This document shows positions 11,347 through 22,404 of a DNA stretch of 64,000 nt, one piece after another. The notes under the pieces were generated by a model. It searched no databases and was not told where the DNA came from. It saw only the letters and a list, made by a program, of their open reading frames with translations. The position numbers and the translations under genes were made by a program. The stretch spans positions 156,290 through 220,289 of the forward strand of contig CAWGGI010000004.1 of assembly GCA_963822135.1 (NCBI GenBank). The letters run 5' to 3'. Each line of letters opens with the position of its first letter. Within the stretch, counting starts at the first letter, position 1. The stretch is from an uncultured Actinomycetota bacterium. Lineage in GTDB: Bacteria > Actinomycetota > Thermoleophilia > RBG-16-64-13.

Positions 11347-11556
11347 TCAGTCGACGGCGATCATCACGTTGCTGGCTTTGATGACGGCGTAGGCATCAGC
11401 ACCGACCTGGAGTCCCAGGTCTTCGGCGGAGTGCTTGGTGATGATGGAGACGAGTTCCGCCCCGCCCGGGAGCTCCAGGACCACTTCGGAGTTCACCGCG
11501 CCGTGGGTCACGCTCTTGACTCTGCCCTTGATGACGTTGCGCGCGCTGAGCTTCAC
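11347..11556 (-). CDS. TOBE/Mop molybdate-binding protein
   Basis: MKLSARNVIKG...SIITKHSAEDLGL...YAVIKASNVMI. Confidence 0.92.
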   Translation of the reverse strand: MKLSARNVIKGRVKSVTHGAVNSEVVLELPGGAELVSIITKHSAEDLGLQVGADAYAVIKASNVMIAVD

Positions 11557-11770
11557 GACCGCCTCCTGCTTTCAAGTGATGAGATCTGAATGAGAGCAGT
11601 TTCCCATAACCGGCCGGGACTAGTCGTGGGACCCGCAGCGGAGCCGGCGGCGAGATCGGTCCGGAGGCCCGCAGCGCGTCGGTCCGGCGGACCGGTGACG
11701 GCCCCCAGTGCCTCTGCTAGAATAGTCGCTCGCTGAGGCGGCGAGCAGCCTCCGGGTCATGCCGCCGATT

Positions 11771-11864
11771 GGAGAAGTGGCCGAGAGGCTGAAGGCGCTC
11801 GCCTGCTAAGCGAGTGAGGGAGTGAATGCTCCCTTCGAGGGTTCGAATCCCTCCTTCTCCGCCA
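11771..11864 (+). tRNA. tRNA-Ser(GCT)
   Basis: GGAGAAG acceptor; anticodon arm CTCGC-CTGCTAA-GCGAG; long variable arm; GGTTCGAATCC; encoded CCA. Confidence 0.97.
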
Positions 11865-11868
11865 GCAT

Positions 11869-11942
11869 GCGCCGGTAGCTCAGTTGGATAGAGCGTTGGT
11901 CTACGAAACCAAAGGTCGGAGGTTCGAATCCTCTCCGGCGCA
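11869..11942 (+). tRNA. tRNA-Arg(ACG)
   Basis: GCGCCGG acceptor; TAGCTCAGTTGGATAGAGC D-arm; TTGGT-CTACGAA-ACCAA anticodon arm; GGTTCGAATCC. Confidence 0.97.
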
Positions 11943-11947
11943 CTTGA

Positions 11948-11981
11948 AAGAAGCCCCGCGAATGCGGGGCTATTCTTTTTT
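11948..11981 (+). terminator. Intrinsic terminator after the tRNA pair
   Basis: AGCCCCGC-GAAT-GCGGGGCT followed by a T-tract. Confidence 0.85.
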
Positions 11982-12124
11982 CGGCAGTACGCCCTGAAGG
12001 CACAGGAGCCATCTTGTGTATCCGGTTCGATACGCCAGCATCCCTTATCGCGGCGAAGACTCAGGCCGATATAGTGGATGGTGCTACAAACAGGAAGACG
12101 CCGTCCCAGGCAAGGAGGTCGAGT

Positions 12125-12686
12125 ATGAAGCGACTTGTTTTGGTGGGGGTGCTGGCGGTCGTTCTCGTTCTGGCGATGGCTGTACCGGCCATGGCCAAGA
12201 GCGGAAGACCCAAGCACAGCAAGATGGTGCTGAACATCACCTACAAGGTGACCAACTATCCAGATAGCGGGTTGGCGAGGTCGGCTACTGGGCCTCGACG
12301 ACGCTCAACCGGCATGTCCAGGTCTGGCGGACCGAGGATGGATCCTACTACATCATCGCCAAGGACCACGGCAAATGGAAACCGTTCAAGGCATGACTAC
12401 TCCTGGAGACCTGGCTGTTACCCAGGGCGCCGATGCAAGCGGACCGTGCACGGGGGCTACACCGCCACCTTTGCCGGCTCCTGCCTCGTCGATGCCAAGA
12501 ACGGTCATCTGGGAACATTTGACTACCAGGTCGACTTCCGGTATCGCTCTGGAGCTCTCTGGCTGTACCTACTTCCCGGCAACTCTGGCTTCACCTATGT
12601 CGACTGGGCTTGGACCTATATGTTTCAGGGCCAGGAATGGGTGAATGCCATGCCCGGAAACCCGGGAGACATCGAATCACCCGTAA
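12125..12686 (+). CDS. Secreted hypothetical protein (frameshifted; end approximate)
   Basis: AAGGAGG RBS and signal peptide MKRLVLVGVLAVVLVLAMAVPAMA; coding continues across frames; hairpin at ~12727-12752 follows. Confidence 0.55.
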
Positions 12687-12892
12687 GCGGCCAGGACTCT
12701 GGCGAAGCCTTCCTAAAGGCAGTCTCGAGGGCCATCCTCCTGGGTGGCCCTCTTCCTCTCTCAAGAGCGTCTTCATCCATTGCGCTCGTAGTCGTTCCTC
12801 AATCTCACCATCGGTCCGCAGAGCTTGAGGTGGCGGGCGTAGACTGGTCTTGGGCTAGTTGGTGGGCCAAGCGTGACGACAAGGAGACCACG

Positions 12893-13834
12893 GTGGACGA
12901 AGACAAGCGGCTTCTTGAAAGAATCAAGAGAGAAGTCCTCTACGGACACGACATCGCGCCGCCGTCGGTAGACATGGAAAAGTGCAAAGGGTGCGGCCAC
13001 TGTGTGAAGGTCTGCGGGCCGCTGGTATTCGAACTGAGGGAACAGAAGTCGTGGGTCGCGCATGGAGAGAGGTGCTATGCCTGCGGTCACTGCTGGGCGG
13101 TATGCCCGGAGGAGGCTGTAGCCCAGCAAGAGGCGGTGACGGCTACAAACCTTAGACCCGGGCCCGAGCCGGCGGTGGCTCCGGAGAACCTCCAGCTGCT
13201 CTTCAGAGAGAGACGGTCCCTGCGATTGTTCAAGGACACGCCCGTCTCAAGGGAGCAACTGACCACCATAATCGAAGCCGGTCGTTACGCCCCGACTGGC
13301 TCCAACCGGCAAGATGTCAGCTACATCGTTCTTTCAGGCCAAGAGAAGGTGGCCGTACTTCGCTCCATGGTTGAGGCGTTTCTCGACAGGATGACCAAGG
13401 GCCTGCGAAACCCCGCCATCGCCCTCTTCCTCAGACTCAGAATGGGCCGTCTGGGGGTAGACGTGATGCGTTATTACAGCGCTTCATACGAGGTCTCTGC
13501 TCACATGACCCCGGAGGCGAAGGAGAAGAGCGCCTACTTCCCTCTGCCCTTTGGACAAGCCGTCATCATCGCCCACGCGCGATCATTCGACCAGGTCGCC
13601 CAGTCCAATTGCTCCATGGCTCTATACAACTGTTCGTTGATGGCCCACAGCTTGGGTCTGGCAAGCTGCTTCCTCGGATTTGTCCCCATCACTGTCAACA
13701 CGGACAAAGGGGTGAGGGAACGGCTGGGCGTCCCCAAGGAGAACCAAGTCTACGGGGCGATGGTGGTGGGGTATCCCGGCATCAAGTATCGTCGTCTGAT
13801 CGAACGGAAGACCCCGGAAATAGCCTGGCTGTAA
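12893..13834 (+). CDS. Nitroreductase with N-terminal 2x[4Fe-4S] ferredoxin domain
   Basis: CKGCGHCVKVC, CYACGHCWAVCP, RRSLR.F, AGRYAPTGSNRQ, AHSLGLASC; AAGGAG RBS before GTG. Confidence 0.9.
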   Translation: MDEDKRLLERIKREVLYGHDIAPPSVDMEKCKGCGHCVKVCGPLVFELREQKSWVAHGERCYACGHCWAVCPEEAVAQQEAVTATNLRPGPEPAVAPENLQLLFRERRSLRLFKDTPVSREQLTTIIEAGRYAPTGSNRQDVSYIVLSGQEKVAVLRSMVEAFLDRMTKGLRNPAIALFLRLRMGRLGVDVMRYYSASYEVSAHMTPEAKEKSAYFPLPFGQAVIIAHARSFDQVAQSNCSMALYNCSLMAHSLGLASCFLGFVPITVNTDKGVRERLGVPKENQVYGAMVVGYPGIKYRRLIERKTPEIAWL

Positions 13835-13921
13835 CGTGACACGGCCGTGCCCGTCCTGTGCAGTGCTAAGCTGACCGGGGGGAGCGACTGGAACGCGCGA
13901 CTCACGAAGGAGGCTCGAACA

Positions 13922-14206
13922 ATGGCTTACGTCATGGTCCAGCACAAGATCGGCAAGTGGTCGGAGTTCGAGTCGATCTTCCGAGATGACGCAGAGCGCC
14001 GAAAGAAACTGGGCTCCAGAGGCGGCAGAGTCTTCCGCAATGTCGACGATCCCGAGAACATCTTCGTGGTCTTCGAGTGGGACGACGTCGATGGGGCCCG
14101 CAAGTTCATGGACGGGCTGGAAACACACGAGGCCATGGAGTGGGCGACCTCGGGGATCTGGTCCCGAGTCTACGTGACCGAAGAGCTGTTCGAGGTCGAC
14201 GCCTGA
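13922..14206 (+). CDS. Small dimeric alpha/beta-barrel (ABM/cyclase-like) protein
   Basis: MAYVMVQHKI...VFRNVDDPENIFVVFEWDD; AGGAGG RBS. Confidence 0.7.
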   Translation: MAYVMVQHKIGKWSEFESIFRDDAERRKKLGSRGGRVFRNVDDPENIFVVFEWDDVDGARKFMDGLETHEAMEWATSGIWSRVYVTEELFEVDA

Positions 14207-14298
14207 GTAAAGGCCTGCCTCTCACGCTGCGGACTGGGCGCGGAAGGGGACCGACCGGCACGTGGGCTGGAGAGCCATCGGAACGGACTCATAGAGAC

Positions 14299-14327
14299 AG
14301 CGGAGGCCGCCTGCGGCGGCCTCCGCT
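14299..14327. terminator. Hairpin between convergent genes
   Basis: AGCGGAGGCCGC-CTGCG-GCGGCCTCCGCT inverted repeat. Confidence 0.55.
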
Positions 14328-14362
14328 CCTGACTGACACGAGAAATGTCTCGCCGCTCGATT

Positions 14363-16703
14363 CTAGTAGTCCGTGCCTTTCATGTAGCCACGGGCCGCTT
14401 CCGCCTTGTTCGGCGTGACCTCTGTTGGGCGCATCATCTCGTTGTCCTCGTGGTCCACGATGTGGCAGTGCCAGACGTAGCCATGGCCGCCGTTCGGGTC
14501 GAAGGGGAAGCTGGCACTGGCCGGAGCAGTGGTCGCCGGATATGTCGGTGGGCGCCCAGCGCACCGGATGCGGGTAACCTGGCCCGGGAACGCGATGACC
14601 GTGTCCTTCCAGCCGTTCTCCTGCGGCAGTGGAGGGTTGACCGGGCCTTGCAGGTAGAGGGGCTTGCCGCCTGGCTTCTGGCGGCGACGTCGGGGTTGCC
14701 ACCCAGCGCGCGGGCGTTGCCCGTGTCGTAGTCGAGCGGCGGCCCATAGCCAGGAATGTAGACGCCGGCCGGATACGGCATGCCCGGTCATCGGAGTCGT
14801 AGCCGCCGCAGGGAAGGCCGCATTGTAGGCCGCCCCGTAGGTGTTGAAGTTGAAGTTCTGCCGGCTCAAGCAGCTGGAACTGCACCAGGTGCAGGTGGAT
14901 GGGGTGGGCGTCCGCGGTCAGGTTCACGATCTCCCAGATCTCGGTCTCGCCCTCCTTGCGGCAGTTCGGACACCTAGTTCTTACCCGTGCCGTCCAGGGT
15001 GAAGCCCGGGATGGGCTCCATGTCGTACATCAGCATGTCCGTCATCGGTAGCGTCAGACGCCGGTGATGCGTTCCCCGCCCCATTTAGTGTTGTTGACCA
15101 GGATCTCGAGCGGGCCGCCGGCGTAGGCAGTCATCACACCGGTCACCGGGTTCGTGGCGGTCTGGGCCATGCCCATGACTTCGTTCAGAGTCAGCTGGCG
15201 GATCTTCTGCACGGGGGCGCCGGCCAGGCGCACCATCGGCGAACTGCGCAGGAGGTCGCTCCAGTCGCTGGGTTGTAGCTGGTATCCCCGGGTGCCGGCG
15301 GTGCCCCGGCCACACGGAACTCCATGATGCGGCCCACCGTGGTGCCCTGTGGTGCTGCGCCTGCCGGGTAGGGGGTCTTGGCGTTGTTCGTGAGCAGCCA
15401 GTTGCCGGAGTAGGCGGCACCGTTCGGACCGATGACCCCGGCCTGGTAGCCGGCGAAGTCCACGATCACCCAGTAGCGCTCGCCGGGCATCATCACGAGC
15501 CTGTTGTTGCCGGCAGCCACCGGGTCGATCTTGACCGGTGTATCCAGGTAGCCACCGTCGGTGCCGATCACCCACAGGGGCGGGCCGGGGTTCTTCGAGA
15601 CCTGGTCCACGAGCGACATCCCGTAGGTGCGCGCGTTGGAACCGTTGATGAATAGGAAGGTGTAGCGCTTGGGCTCGACGGTCATGAAGGGCCATGACTT
15701 GCCGTTGACGACGATGGTGTCGCCCACGAACTCGGGTACCCAGTAGGGATGCTCGGGGTTGGGTGCCCATAGCACCCCGCCGGCCGAGTCGGCCGGGAAG
15801 AAGAGCTGGCCATTGGTGTCGAACATGCGGTCCTGGATAACGAGAGGAACAAGCGTCGGCAGATTGCCAACAACGTGTCGGCCGGATCGGCGATCAGGTA
15901 GCCCCCCGCCAGACCGCAGTAGACGTTGAGCCGGGTGGCACCAAGAGTGTGGTCGTGGAACCAGATCAGCGCGCCTTCCTGGCTGTTCGGGTAACGATAG
16001 ATGCTGTAGTTCCTGGGCGCCGGTGCCGTCCTTCGAGTAGAAAGCGTGGCCGACGTAACTGCCATCACTGGTGAACCAAGCGTCCGGCCCGCCATCGAGC
16101 ACGGGCGGCACCTCGCCGCCGTGCAGGTGCACGCAGGCCGGGATGGGGCCGTCGTAGTTGGCCGCTCCTTCGCTGCCGAAGGCAGGCGGCATGGCCATGT
16201 GGTTCCACATGTTGGCTTCGTCGTTAGCGGGTCGGCCCAGTGAAGCGTCTGGTCCGTGCGAGTACTTGTAGGCCTGCACATTCGTGTCGGCGACAGTACC
16301 CAGGCATGTTGACGAACTTCATCTCCGTCGGTGCGCCGCGCGTGACCTGCACGACCGGGCCGAGGTAGCTGGTACGGGTAGTCTGACCAGGCCTTAGGTA
16401 GCTCCAGACATAGGTGCCAGTGTAGCCCGGTACCGCGCCCGCAGGGAGGATGTTGACCTTGTGCTCTTTCATCTGGAGAACGATCTGGCTGCCGTCATCC
16501 ACGATCAGGTGATTGGCATCCAGCAGGTTGGGCACCTCGTCGACGAACTGCGGGATGGCTTTCCCCGCAAGCGCTATCTGGGGCGACCGGATCGCCATCG
16601 CGCGGTCGGTATTGAGGAACCGGGTGCGTGATCCCAGGTATAGACTGAGCATCCCGGCGCCACTGTAGACGATGAACTGCCGTCGGCTGATACCCTTACT
16701 CAT
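14363..16703 (-). CDS. Multicopper oxidase (CotA/bilirubin oxidase-like), Tat-exported, frameshifted
   Basis: SRRQF Tat motif; VHLHGG, WFHDH, HPIHLHLVQFQ and YVWHCHIVDHEDNEMM copper sites spread over several frames. Confidence 0.92.
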
Positions 16704-17086
16704 ACGTATCTCCCTCCTTTGACGCCTTGGCCGTGTGTCTCATACGCGGGCCGGAGTCAATCCGATGCACGGCAGACACCACATCGCTCACCCCGCCCGA
16801 GCCCTGAAACATCTTCCACCCACTAATGCCTACTATGTTACTGATCATACTCACCAGTAAACTTTTTGCAAGACACTATTCGTCCCCCTTGCTGCGGAAG
16901 TATTTTGCCCCTGAGTGACAGCCAACGCGGCCTGCCCCCGGGACCGAGCGGTCTCGCTGTCGCTTGTACCCGACTGTGAATCCGTCTAATCCTTAGGAAC
17001 TGAGCCCCAGACGCCACTGATCCGAGCGCGAGATCGGCTACGGCGGCAGCCTGCCGGCCGGCACGGTCGACTTGGCGAAAACGAGA

Positions 17087-17119
17087 CGGCCCCCTCTCGG
17101 GAAACCCGAGAGGGGGCCG
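17087..17119 (-). terminator. Intrinsic terminator downstream of pepD
   Basis: CGGCCCCCTCTCGGG-AAA-CCCGAGAGGGGGCCG with a T-rich tail on the minus strand. Confidence 0.75.
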
Positions 17120-17167
17120 CAGTCCTTCCAGCGGTGGTCCGTCGCGCCGCCCACCGACGGCGCCGTC

Positions 17168-18628
17168 TTACTTCGACAGGTCGTCCAGCACTCCCACCAG
17201 CAGCTTCCAGTAGCGCTCCACCGTGGGCACGCTCACCCGCTCGTCGGGTGAGTGCGGGAACTCGATCTGGGGACCGATGGAGAGCATGTCGAGACCGCCC
17301 GGGGTCTTCTCGCCGATCAGGGCGGTCTCCAGCCCGGCGTGCACCGCGGTGACGATGGGCTCTTCTCCGAAGATGTTCTTGTAGACCTCGACCGTCGTAG
17401 CCAGCAGCGGCGACTTCAGATCCGGCCGCCACCCGGCGTAGCCGTGTCGCACCTCCAGGTCGGCGCCCGCCAGCGAGGTGATGGCGGCCAGCGTCCCGGT
17501 CACTCCAGGCAGGGACGACTCGTTGGAGGTCCGGGTCAGACTGTGCAACTCCAGTTGCTCGCCGTCGGTCGTGGCAACCCCCAGGGACGTGCTGGTCTCC
17601 ACCAGGCCTTCGAAGTCGGGGCTCAGGGTGACGAGGCCGGCCGGCATGGCCACGATGACGTCCAGGAGCTTCTGGGTGGCCTCGTCGGACCAGGCATCGG
17701 CAGGAACCTCGGCCGCCTCCGCCACGGCGCGCACATCCGGATCGGTGTTCTTGAACTCGTCTGCCACAACCGCCGACGCGGTTTCGACGCCTTTGCGGAA
17801 GGCATCGGCCTTATCGGCGGCCATGACGCAGACTGCGGCGGCATCGCGCGGGATGGCGTTGCGACTCTTCCCGCCATTGAGAACGGCGAGGCGGAACGGG
17901 GCAGCCCCCCTGGTCTCGCGCAGGACTCGCGCCAGCACCTTGATGGCGTTGGAGCGTCCCTCTTCGATGTTGGTGCCGGAGTGCCCGCCTTTGCCGCCGC
18001 TCACGGTGACGGTCATGGCCACGCTGCCGGCCGGCACGGGCGACCGCTCTCCTTTGACCCGCAAGAACGTGTCGGTGCTTCCGGCGCAGCCGACGGTGAG
18101 CCTGCCGTCTTCCTCGCTGTCGAGGTTGAGGAGCATGCGTCCCTTGAACACGGTGCCGTCGATGCTCTTGGCTCCTTCGAGTCCGACCTCTTCGGCCATG
18201 GTCATGAGCATCTCGAGCGGGCCGTGGACCACCGACGCGTCTTCGGCTATGGCCATCATGGAGGCGATGGCGATGCCGTCGTCCGCACCCAAGGTAGTGC
18301 CTTCCGCCGTCAGCCATTCGCCATCCCGGACGAGCTTGATGCGTCCCTCGGCGGGGTCGTACGGACTGTCCGGCTGCCGCTCGCACACCATGTCCATGTG
18401 GCCCTGCAGTATCACCCAGGGTGCCGACTCCCGACCCGGGGTGGCCGGCAAGCGCACCATCACGTTCGCGCCTCCGGCCGACACGAACTCGAATCCGTTC
18501 TTCTCCGCCCATTCACGCACGTGAGCGACTGCCGCCTCTTCGTGGCGCGACGGGCGTGGGATGCCGGCCAGCGTCTGGAAATGCTTCCAGAGCAGCGCAG
18601 GCTCGGCGCCCTCTAACGGCTCGGGCAT
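17168..18628 (-). CDS. pepD: Aminoacyl-histidine dipeptidase (M20)
   Basis: IPRPSRHE, LQGHMDMVCE, TTLGADDGI, EEVGL, NLDSEEDG, GGHSG, HAGLE, HSPDE. Confidence 0.93.
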   Translation of the reverse strand: MPEPLEGAEPALLWKHFQTLAGIPRPSRHEEAAVAHVREWAEKNGFEFVSAGGANVMVRLPATPGRESAPWVILQGHMDMVCERQPDSPYDPAEGRIKLVRDGEWLTAEGTTLGADDGIAIASMMAIAEDASVVHGPLEMLMTMAEEVGLEGAKSIDGTVFKGRMLLNLDSEEDGRLTVGCAGSTDTFLRVKGERSPVPAGSVAMTVTVSGGKGGHSGTNIEEGRSNAIKVLARVLRETRGAAPFRLAVLNGGKSRNAIPRDAAAVCVMAADKADAFRKGVETASAVVADEFKNTDPDVRAVAEAAEVPADAWSDEATQKLLDVIVAMPAGLVTLSPDFEGLVETSTSLGVATTDGEQLELHSLTRTSNESSLPGVTGTLAAITSLAGADLEVRHGYAGWRPDLKSPLLATTVEVYKNIFGEEPIVTAVHAGLETALIGEKTPGGLDMLSIGPQIEFPHSPDERVSVPTVERYWKLLVGVLDDLSK

Positions 18629-18671
18629 CAGTTCCACCTCCTCTTCCTGCCAGTAGCCAGGAAGTCAGTCC

Positions 18672-20018
18672 TTAGATCCCGACGATGAGAGCCATTCCCA
18701 GGCCGACGACCACCGAAACAATGGTCAATACGAACAGAGGCACCGTGAACGAGTGATAGACCACGAACTTCGTGAGCCTCGTAGTTCCCGTGAGGTCGGT
18801 CTCCACCGCAGCCAACTGCGTTCCGTTGGCGGGGAGGAAGTAGACGCCGGCCAGAGCCTGCCACATGGCGATGATCTGCCCCAGGCCCAAGGTGGGCAGC
18901 GCCAACCCGATAGGCACTATCGTGTTCGTAGTGGCCGACTGGCTGGTGGTTAGAGCCGCGACCACAAAGATAGCGACGGCAAACACCCATGGTGCGACTG
19001 CGACCCAATCGCCCAAAGTGGCCACGATCTGATCGAGGTGAGCGTAGATGAATGTGTTGGCCATCCAGGCGACCCCGAACAGCGCCAGCAACGCCACGAT
19101 ACCGGCCGTGAACGTCTGCTGCTTCACCACGTCGGAGGGCTTCACCTTGGCCATCAGGATGATGATCGTCGCCACCAGGAGCATGATGATCTCGATGGTC
19201 TGCGTCATCGATAGCTGCTGCATATCGACCGTTCCGTCGTCAAGCGTGACCTCCCAGCTCGGGACCATCCCCGGCACGAGAGCGATCAGGATGACGAAGA
19301 TGACGCCCACGAGAAAGATGATCGCCGACCACTTCGCCATGCGTGGCAGGACGGGCGCGGGCTCATCTTTCGATGCCGGAGGAGCGATCTTGCCCTCAGC
19401 CAACCGTTTCTGGAACTCGGGATCGTTCTCCAGGTTCTTGCCCCAGCGCATCATCACAAGCGAACCGATGATGATGGCGACGATGGAGGAGGGGATGGTG
19501 ATGGCGAGGATCTGAGGCAGAGTCACCCCTTCCGGTTCCATCAACGCCACCATGGCCGCCATGGCTGCGGCCACCGGGCTGGAGGTTATGCCCAACGCGG
19601 TCGCGACGGTCGACAGAGACAGGGCCCGTTCCGGCCTGATGCCCTCCTTGTAGGAGACCTCATAGATGACCGGGATCAGCGGGTAGAAGATGTTGCTCGT
19701 CCCGGCCCCGACGACGAACGCGTACGAGACAAGCGGCGCGATGAGAGTGATCAGTTTCGGCCGCTTTCGTATGAGCTTCGCGGCCACTACTACAAGCCAG
19801 TCGATCCCGCCTGCGGCCTGCATGGCGCCGGCGGCGGTGACCACCGTCAGGATGATGAGCATGGCGCTCCCCGGGATCTCGCCCGGCGCCAGCCCGAAGA
19901 TGAACACCAGGATGAAGACGCCGACACCGCCCCAGATGCCCAGGCCGATGCCGCCCATCCGGACGCCCATCACGATGCAGACGACCACCACCAGGAACTC
20001 GAGAATGAACGAAGCCAT
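18672..20018 (-). CDS. Anaerobic C4-dicarboxylate transporter, DcuA/DcuB family
   Basis: G.RMGGIGLG, AMQAAGG.D, IRPERALS, SPVAAA, D.TGTTR..KFV..HSF. Confidence 0.9.
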   Translation of the reverse strand: MASFILEFLVVVVCIVMGVRMGGIGLGIWGGVGVFILVFIFGLAPGEIPGSAMLIILTVVTAAGAMQAAGGIDWLVVVAAKLIRKRPKLITLIAPLVSYAFVVGAGTSNIFYPLIPVIYEVSYKEGIRPERALSLSTVATALGITSSPVAAAMAAMVALMEPEGVTLPQILAITIPSSIVAIIIGSLVMMRWGKNLENDPEFQKRLAEGKIAPPASKDEPAPVLPRMAKWSAIIFLVGVIFVILIALVPGMVPSWEVTLDDGTVDMQQLSMTQTIEIIMLLVATIIILMAKVKPSDVVKQQTFTAGIVALLALFGVAWMANTFIYAHLDQIVATLGDWVAVAPWVFAVAIFVVAALTTSQSATTNTIVPIGLALPTLGLGQIIAMWQALAGVYFLPANGTQLAAVETDLTGTTRLTKFVVYHSFTVPLFVLTIVSVVVGLGMALIVGI

Positions 20019-20128
20019 CTCCACGGCATCCCCTCCCGTCTCGTGACGATCGCACCAAGCGAAACCTATCACGCCGGCTGACCGCCGCGGAATACTGTCG
20101 CGGCCGTCGCCGGCGAGTTCGCCTACCA

Positions 20129-21509
20129 CTATTGGACTCTCACTACGCCCTGATCTTCCTCCTGGGGCACCGTTCGGGTTCGCGGAGCCTTCATCCGCCG
20201 CTTGCTGACTGCCCGCCATATCGCCTCCACGACCCAGGCCAGGACGATCGTCACAGCCAGGACGACGAAGGTCTTCGGGTCGTTCTGGAGGGTGTATATG
20301 GCGAACAGCACGATGGCCACCACTGTCGCCGCCAAGGCTATCCAGAGGACGACCCGGCTGGCGCCGGTCTCCTTGCGCATGCCGCAGGTGGGCGATGGTC
20401 ACCAGCACGTAGATGGTCAGCGCCACCGCGCTACCGACGGACGCGATCGCGCTGACGTCGAACAGGTTCGCCATCAGCAGGATGAGGACCGCCGAGAACA
20501 ACAGGCCTTTGGGAGCGCGCAGTGCCCCCGCGGCGCCGCTCGCCGAATCGCGGGGGCAGTGCTCCGTCCTTGGCCATGGTGTAGGTGGCCCCGATGGACG
20601 CATAGAGCTGCGAGTTGACCGCCCCGACAGTGGCGAACAGAGCGGCGATAGAGGTCATGATGAAGCCGAACTGGCCGAAGACGCTCTGCGTGGCTACAGC
20701 GAGCGCCGTGTCGGCGCTCTCGATGACCTCATCGACCGTCAGGCTGCCGAACACCCCGATCGACAGGGCGACATAGAGGCACCAGGACGAACCCCAAGGC
20801 GATGTAGATGGCCCGCGGAAGGTTCTTCTTGGCGTCCTTGAGGTCGCCCCCTGAAAAGGCGATGACCCCGAACCCCAGGTAGGCGAAGAAGGTCAGCGCC
20901 ACGCTCGAGAGGATGCTGCGGGCCGGCGGATAGCCGGCCGGATCCAGGAGCGACGGATTGATCTGCGTCAGCATGCCAATGCCGAACGCCACCAGGATGA
21001 CGAGAACGACGGACACGATCACCGTCTGCGCCTTGGAGACCGCTTCGGCTCCGACGATGTTGACAATGGTGAGCGACCACGACGACCAGGCTGGCGAAGA
21101 TGTTGACCCAGATGGCGCGGCATCGTCGCCCAAGAACAGACTGGTGGCGTAATTGCCGAAGGAGACGGCCACCATGGCGGTGACGATGATCACCGAGAAG
21201 TACCCCAGCATCACCACGCCGCCGCGTGAACAGCCCGGTGCCGAAGCCGCGAACGATCCAGGAGATCATCCCGCCCTTGGAAGGGTAGCGCGCTCCCAGC
21301 TTGGCGAAGGAATACCCCTGGAGCAGGGCGATGATCCCGCCGACGAGGAACGAGACCCAGACGGCCGCCCCCGCGATCGTCCCCGCCTCGCCGAAGAGCG
21401 CGAAGATACCGGCGCCCACCATGGCCCCGATGCCGATGAAGATCGCTCCGCGCAGCGTGAGAGTGCCCTGGCTCGGGTTACTTTCCTCGGTCCCCCCGTT
21501 GTCCGCCAT
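20129..21509 (-). CDS. APC family amino-acid permease (frameshifted)
   Basis: IGIGAMVGAGIFALFG, YSFAKLGARYPS.GG, FFAYLGF, KKNLPRAI. Confidence 0.85.
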
Positions 21510-21628
21510 CACCCGCCTCCTTCATCGCTTGTGGTCTCAGGATGGCGATACCCTCCGTTTATGTCAAGGACACCCATCAGTACTGGTTCCTCGTGCGTCC
21601 GCTGCCGAGGCGGGCTGAAGACCTGTCC

Positions 21629-22240
21629 CTATCCGGACAGCGAGAAACCGAGGGCCTCCTCGAGGGCAGCCCGGGAGGCCGCGCCCTCCTGCCATGCCGC
21701 AGCGATCGTGGCCACGGCCGCGTAGGCGAGCAGCGACTGCCCCTTCTCCAGCGCCTGAGCGAGATCGTGCACCCCTGCCGCCATCTTGGTGAGCGAGGTC
21801 AGGAAGCCGGCGTGGGCCACGGCCAGCTCCGGCACGGGCTCGATGGCTCCGAGATCACTCACCATCTGGGCCATCGTCATGTCCAGATCCTTGGCGGTCT
21901 GCACCTGCTGCGGCGTGGGGTTGTTGAAATTGGTGCCGCTCATCACCGTGTACGCCTGGGCCAAATCCGGGCCGTACATGTCTCCCCACGACTTCATCTC
22001 CGCGCGATACGCCTCGAAGGGACTGAGAGTCGTCGTGGTCGTGGAGGAGGTGGTGGTGGTCGAAGAGGTGGTGCTGGACGAGGTGGTGGCCGGTGGCGCA
22101 GTGGTAGTCGTCGAAAGGCTGGCGACGGTATCCGTCGTGGCCCCCGAGGAAGCCTCCGAGCAGGAAAGGGCATCGCACCCGGTCACCACCGACACGACGG
22201 CGAACAGAGCGAGCATGATGCCGACGCGCGGGAGCTTCAT
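21629..22240 (-). CDS. Hypothetical lipoprotein with Ser/Thr-rich linker
   Basis: Lipobox VTGC, poly-Thr linker, helical C-domain. Confidence 0.7.
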   Translation of the reverse strand: MKLPRVGIMLALFAVVSVVTGCDALSCSEASSGATTDTVASLSTTTTAPPATTSSSTTSSTTTTSSTTTTTLSPFEAYRAEMKSWGDMYGPDLAQAYTVMSGTNFNNPTPQQVQTAKDLDMTMAQMVSDLGAIEPVPELAVAHAGFLTSLTKMAAGVHDLAQALEKGQSLLAYAAVATIAAAWQEGAASRAALEEALGFSLSG

Positions 22241-22404
22241 GTGTCTCACCAACCCTCCGCAGTCATGTTACGACCGATCACGAAGTATCGGCGGCAGCAT
22301 ACCGCAAGGACCGCCGCCGGGCGACCCCGGCTGGCGTCGCCGGCGCGCCGCGTACTAGACTGATGATCGAGAGGCGGTGACCCGCGCACGGCAATGGAGG
22401 AACG

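Noticed and set aside
11560-11720. Moco riboswitch upstream of the TOBE/Mop gene
   Set aside because: Only a GGAAAC-like word is present; I could not match the rest of the motif.
12014-13834. 606-aa fusion of a secreted domain with a nitroreductase
   Set aside because: A hairpin and a separate RBS plus GTG at 12893 indicate two genes; the fusion likely results from frameshifts.
7366-21509. Many frameshifted genes (MFS, helicase, multicopper oxidase, APC permease; also katG, subtilase, MMPL) as pseudogenes or programmed frameshifts
   Set aside because: Single-base indels are scattered across unrelated genes whose motifs are otherwise intact, which best fits long-read consensus error.
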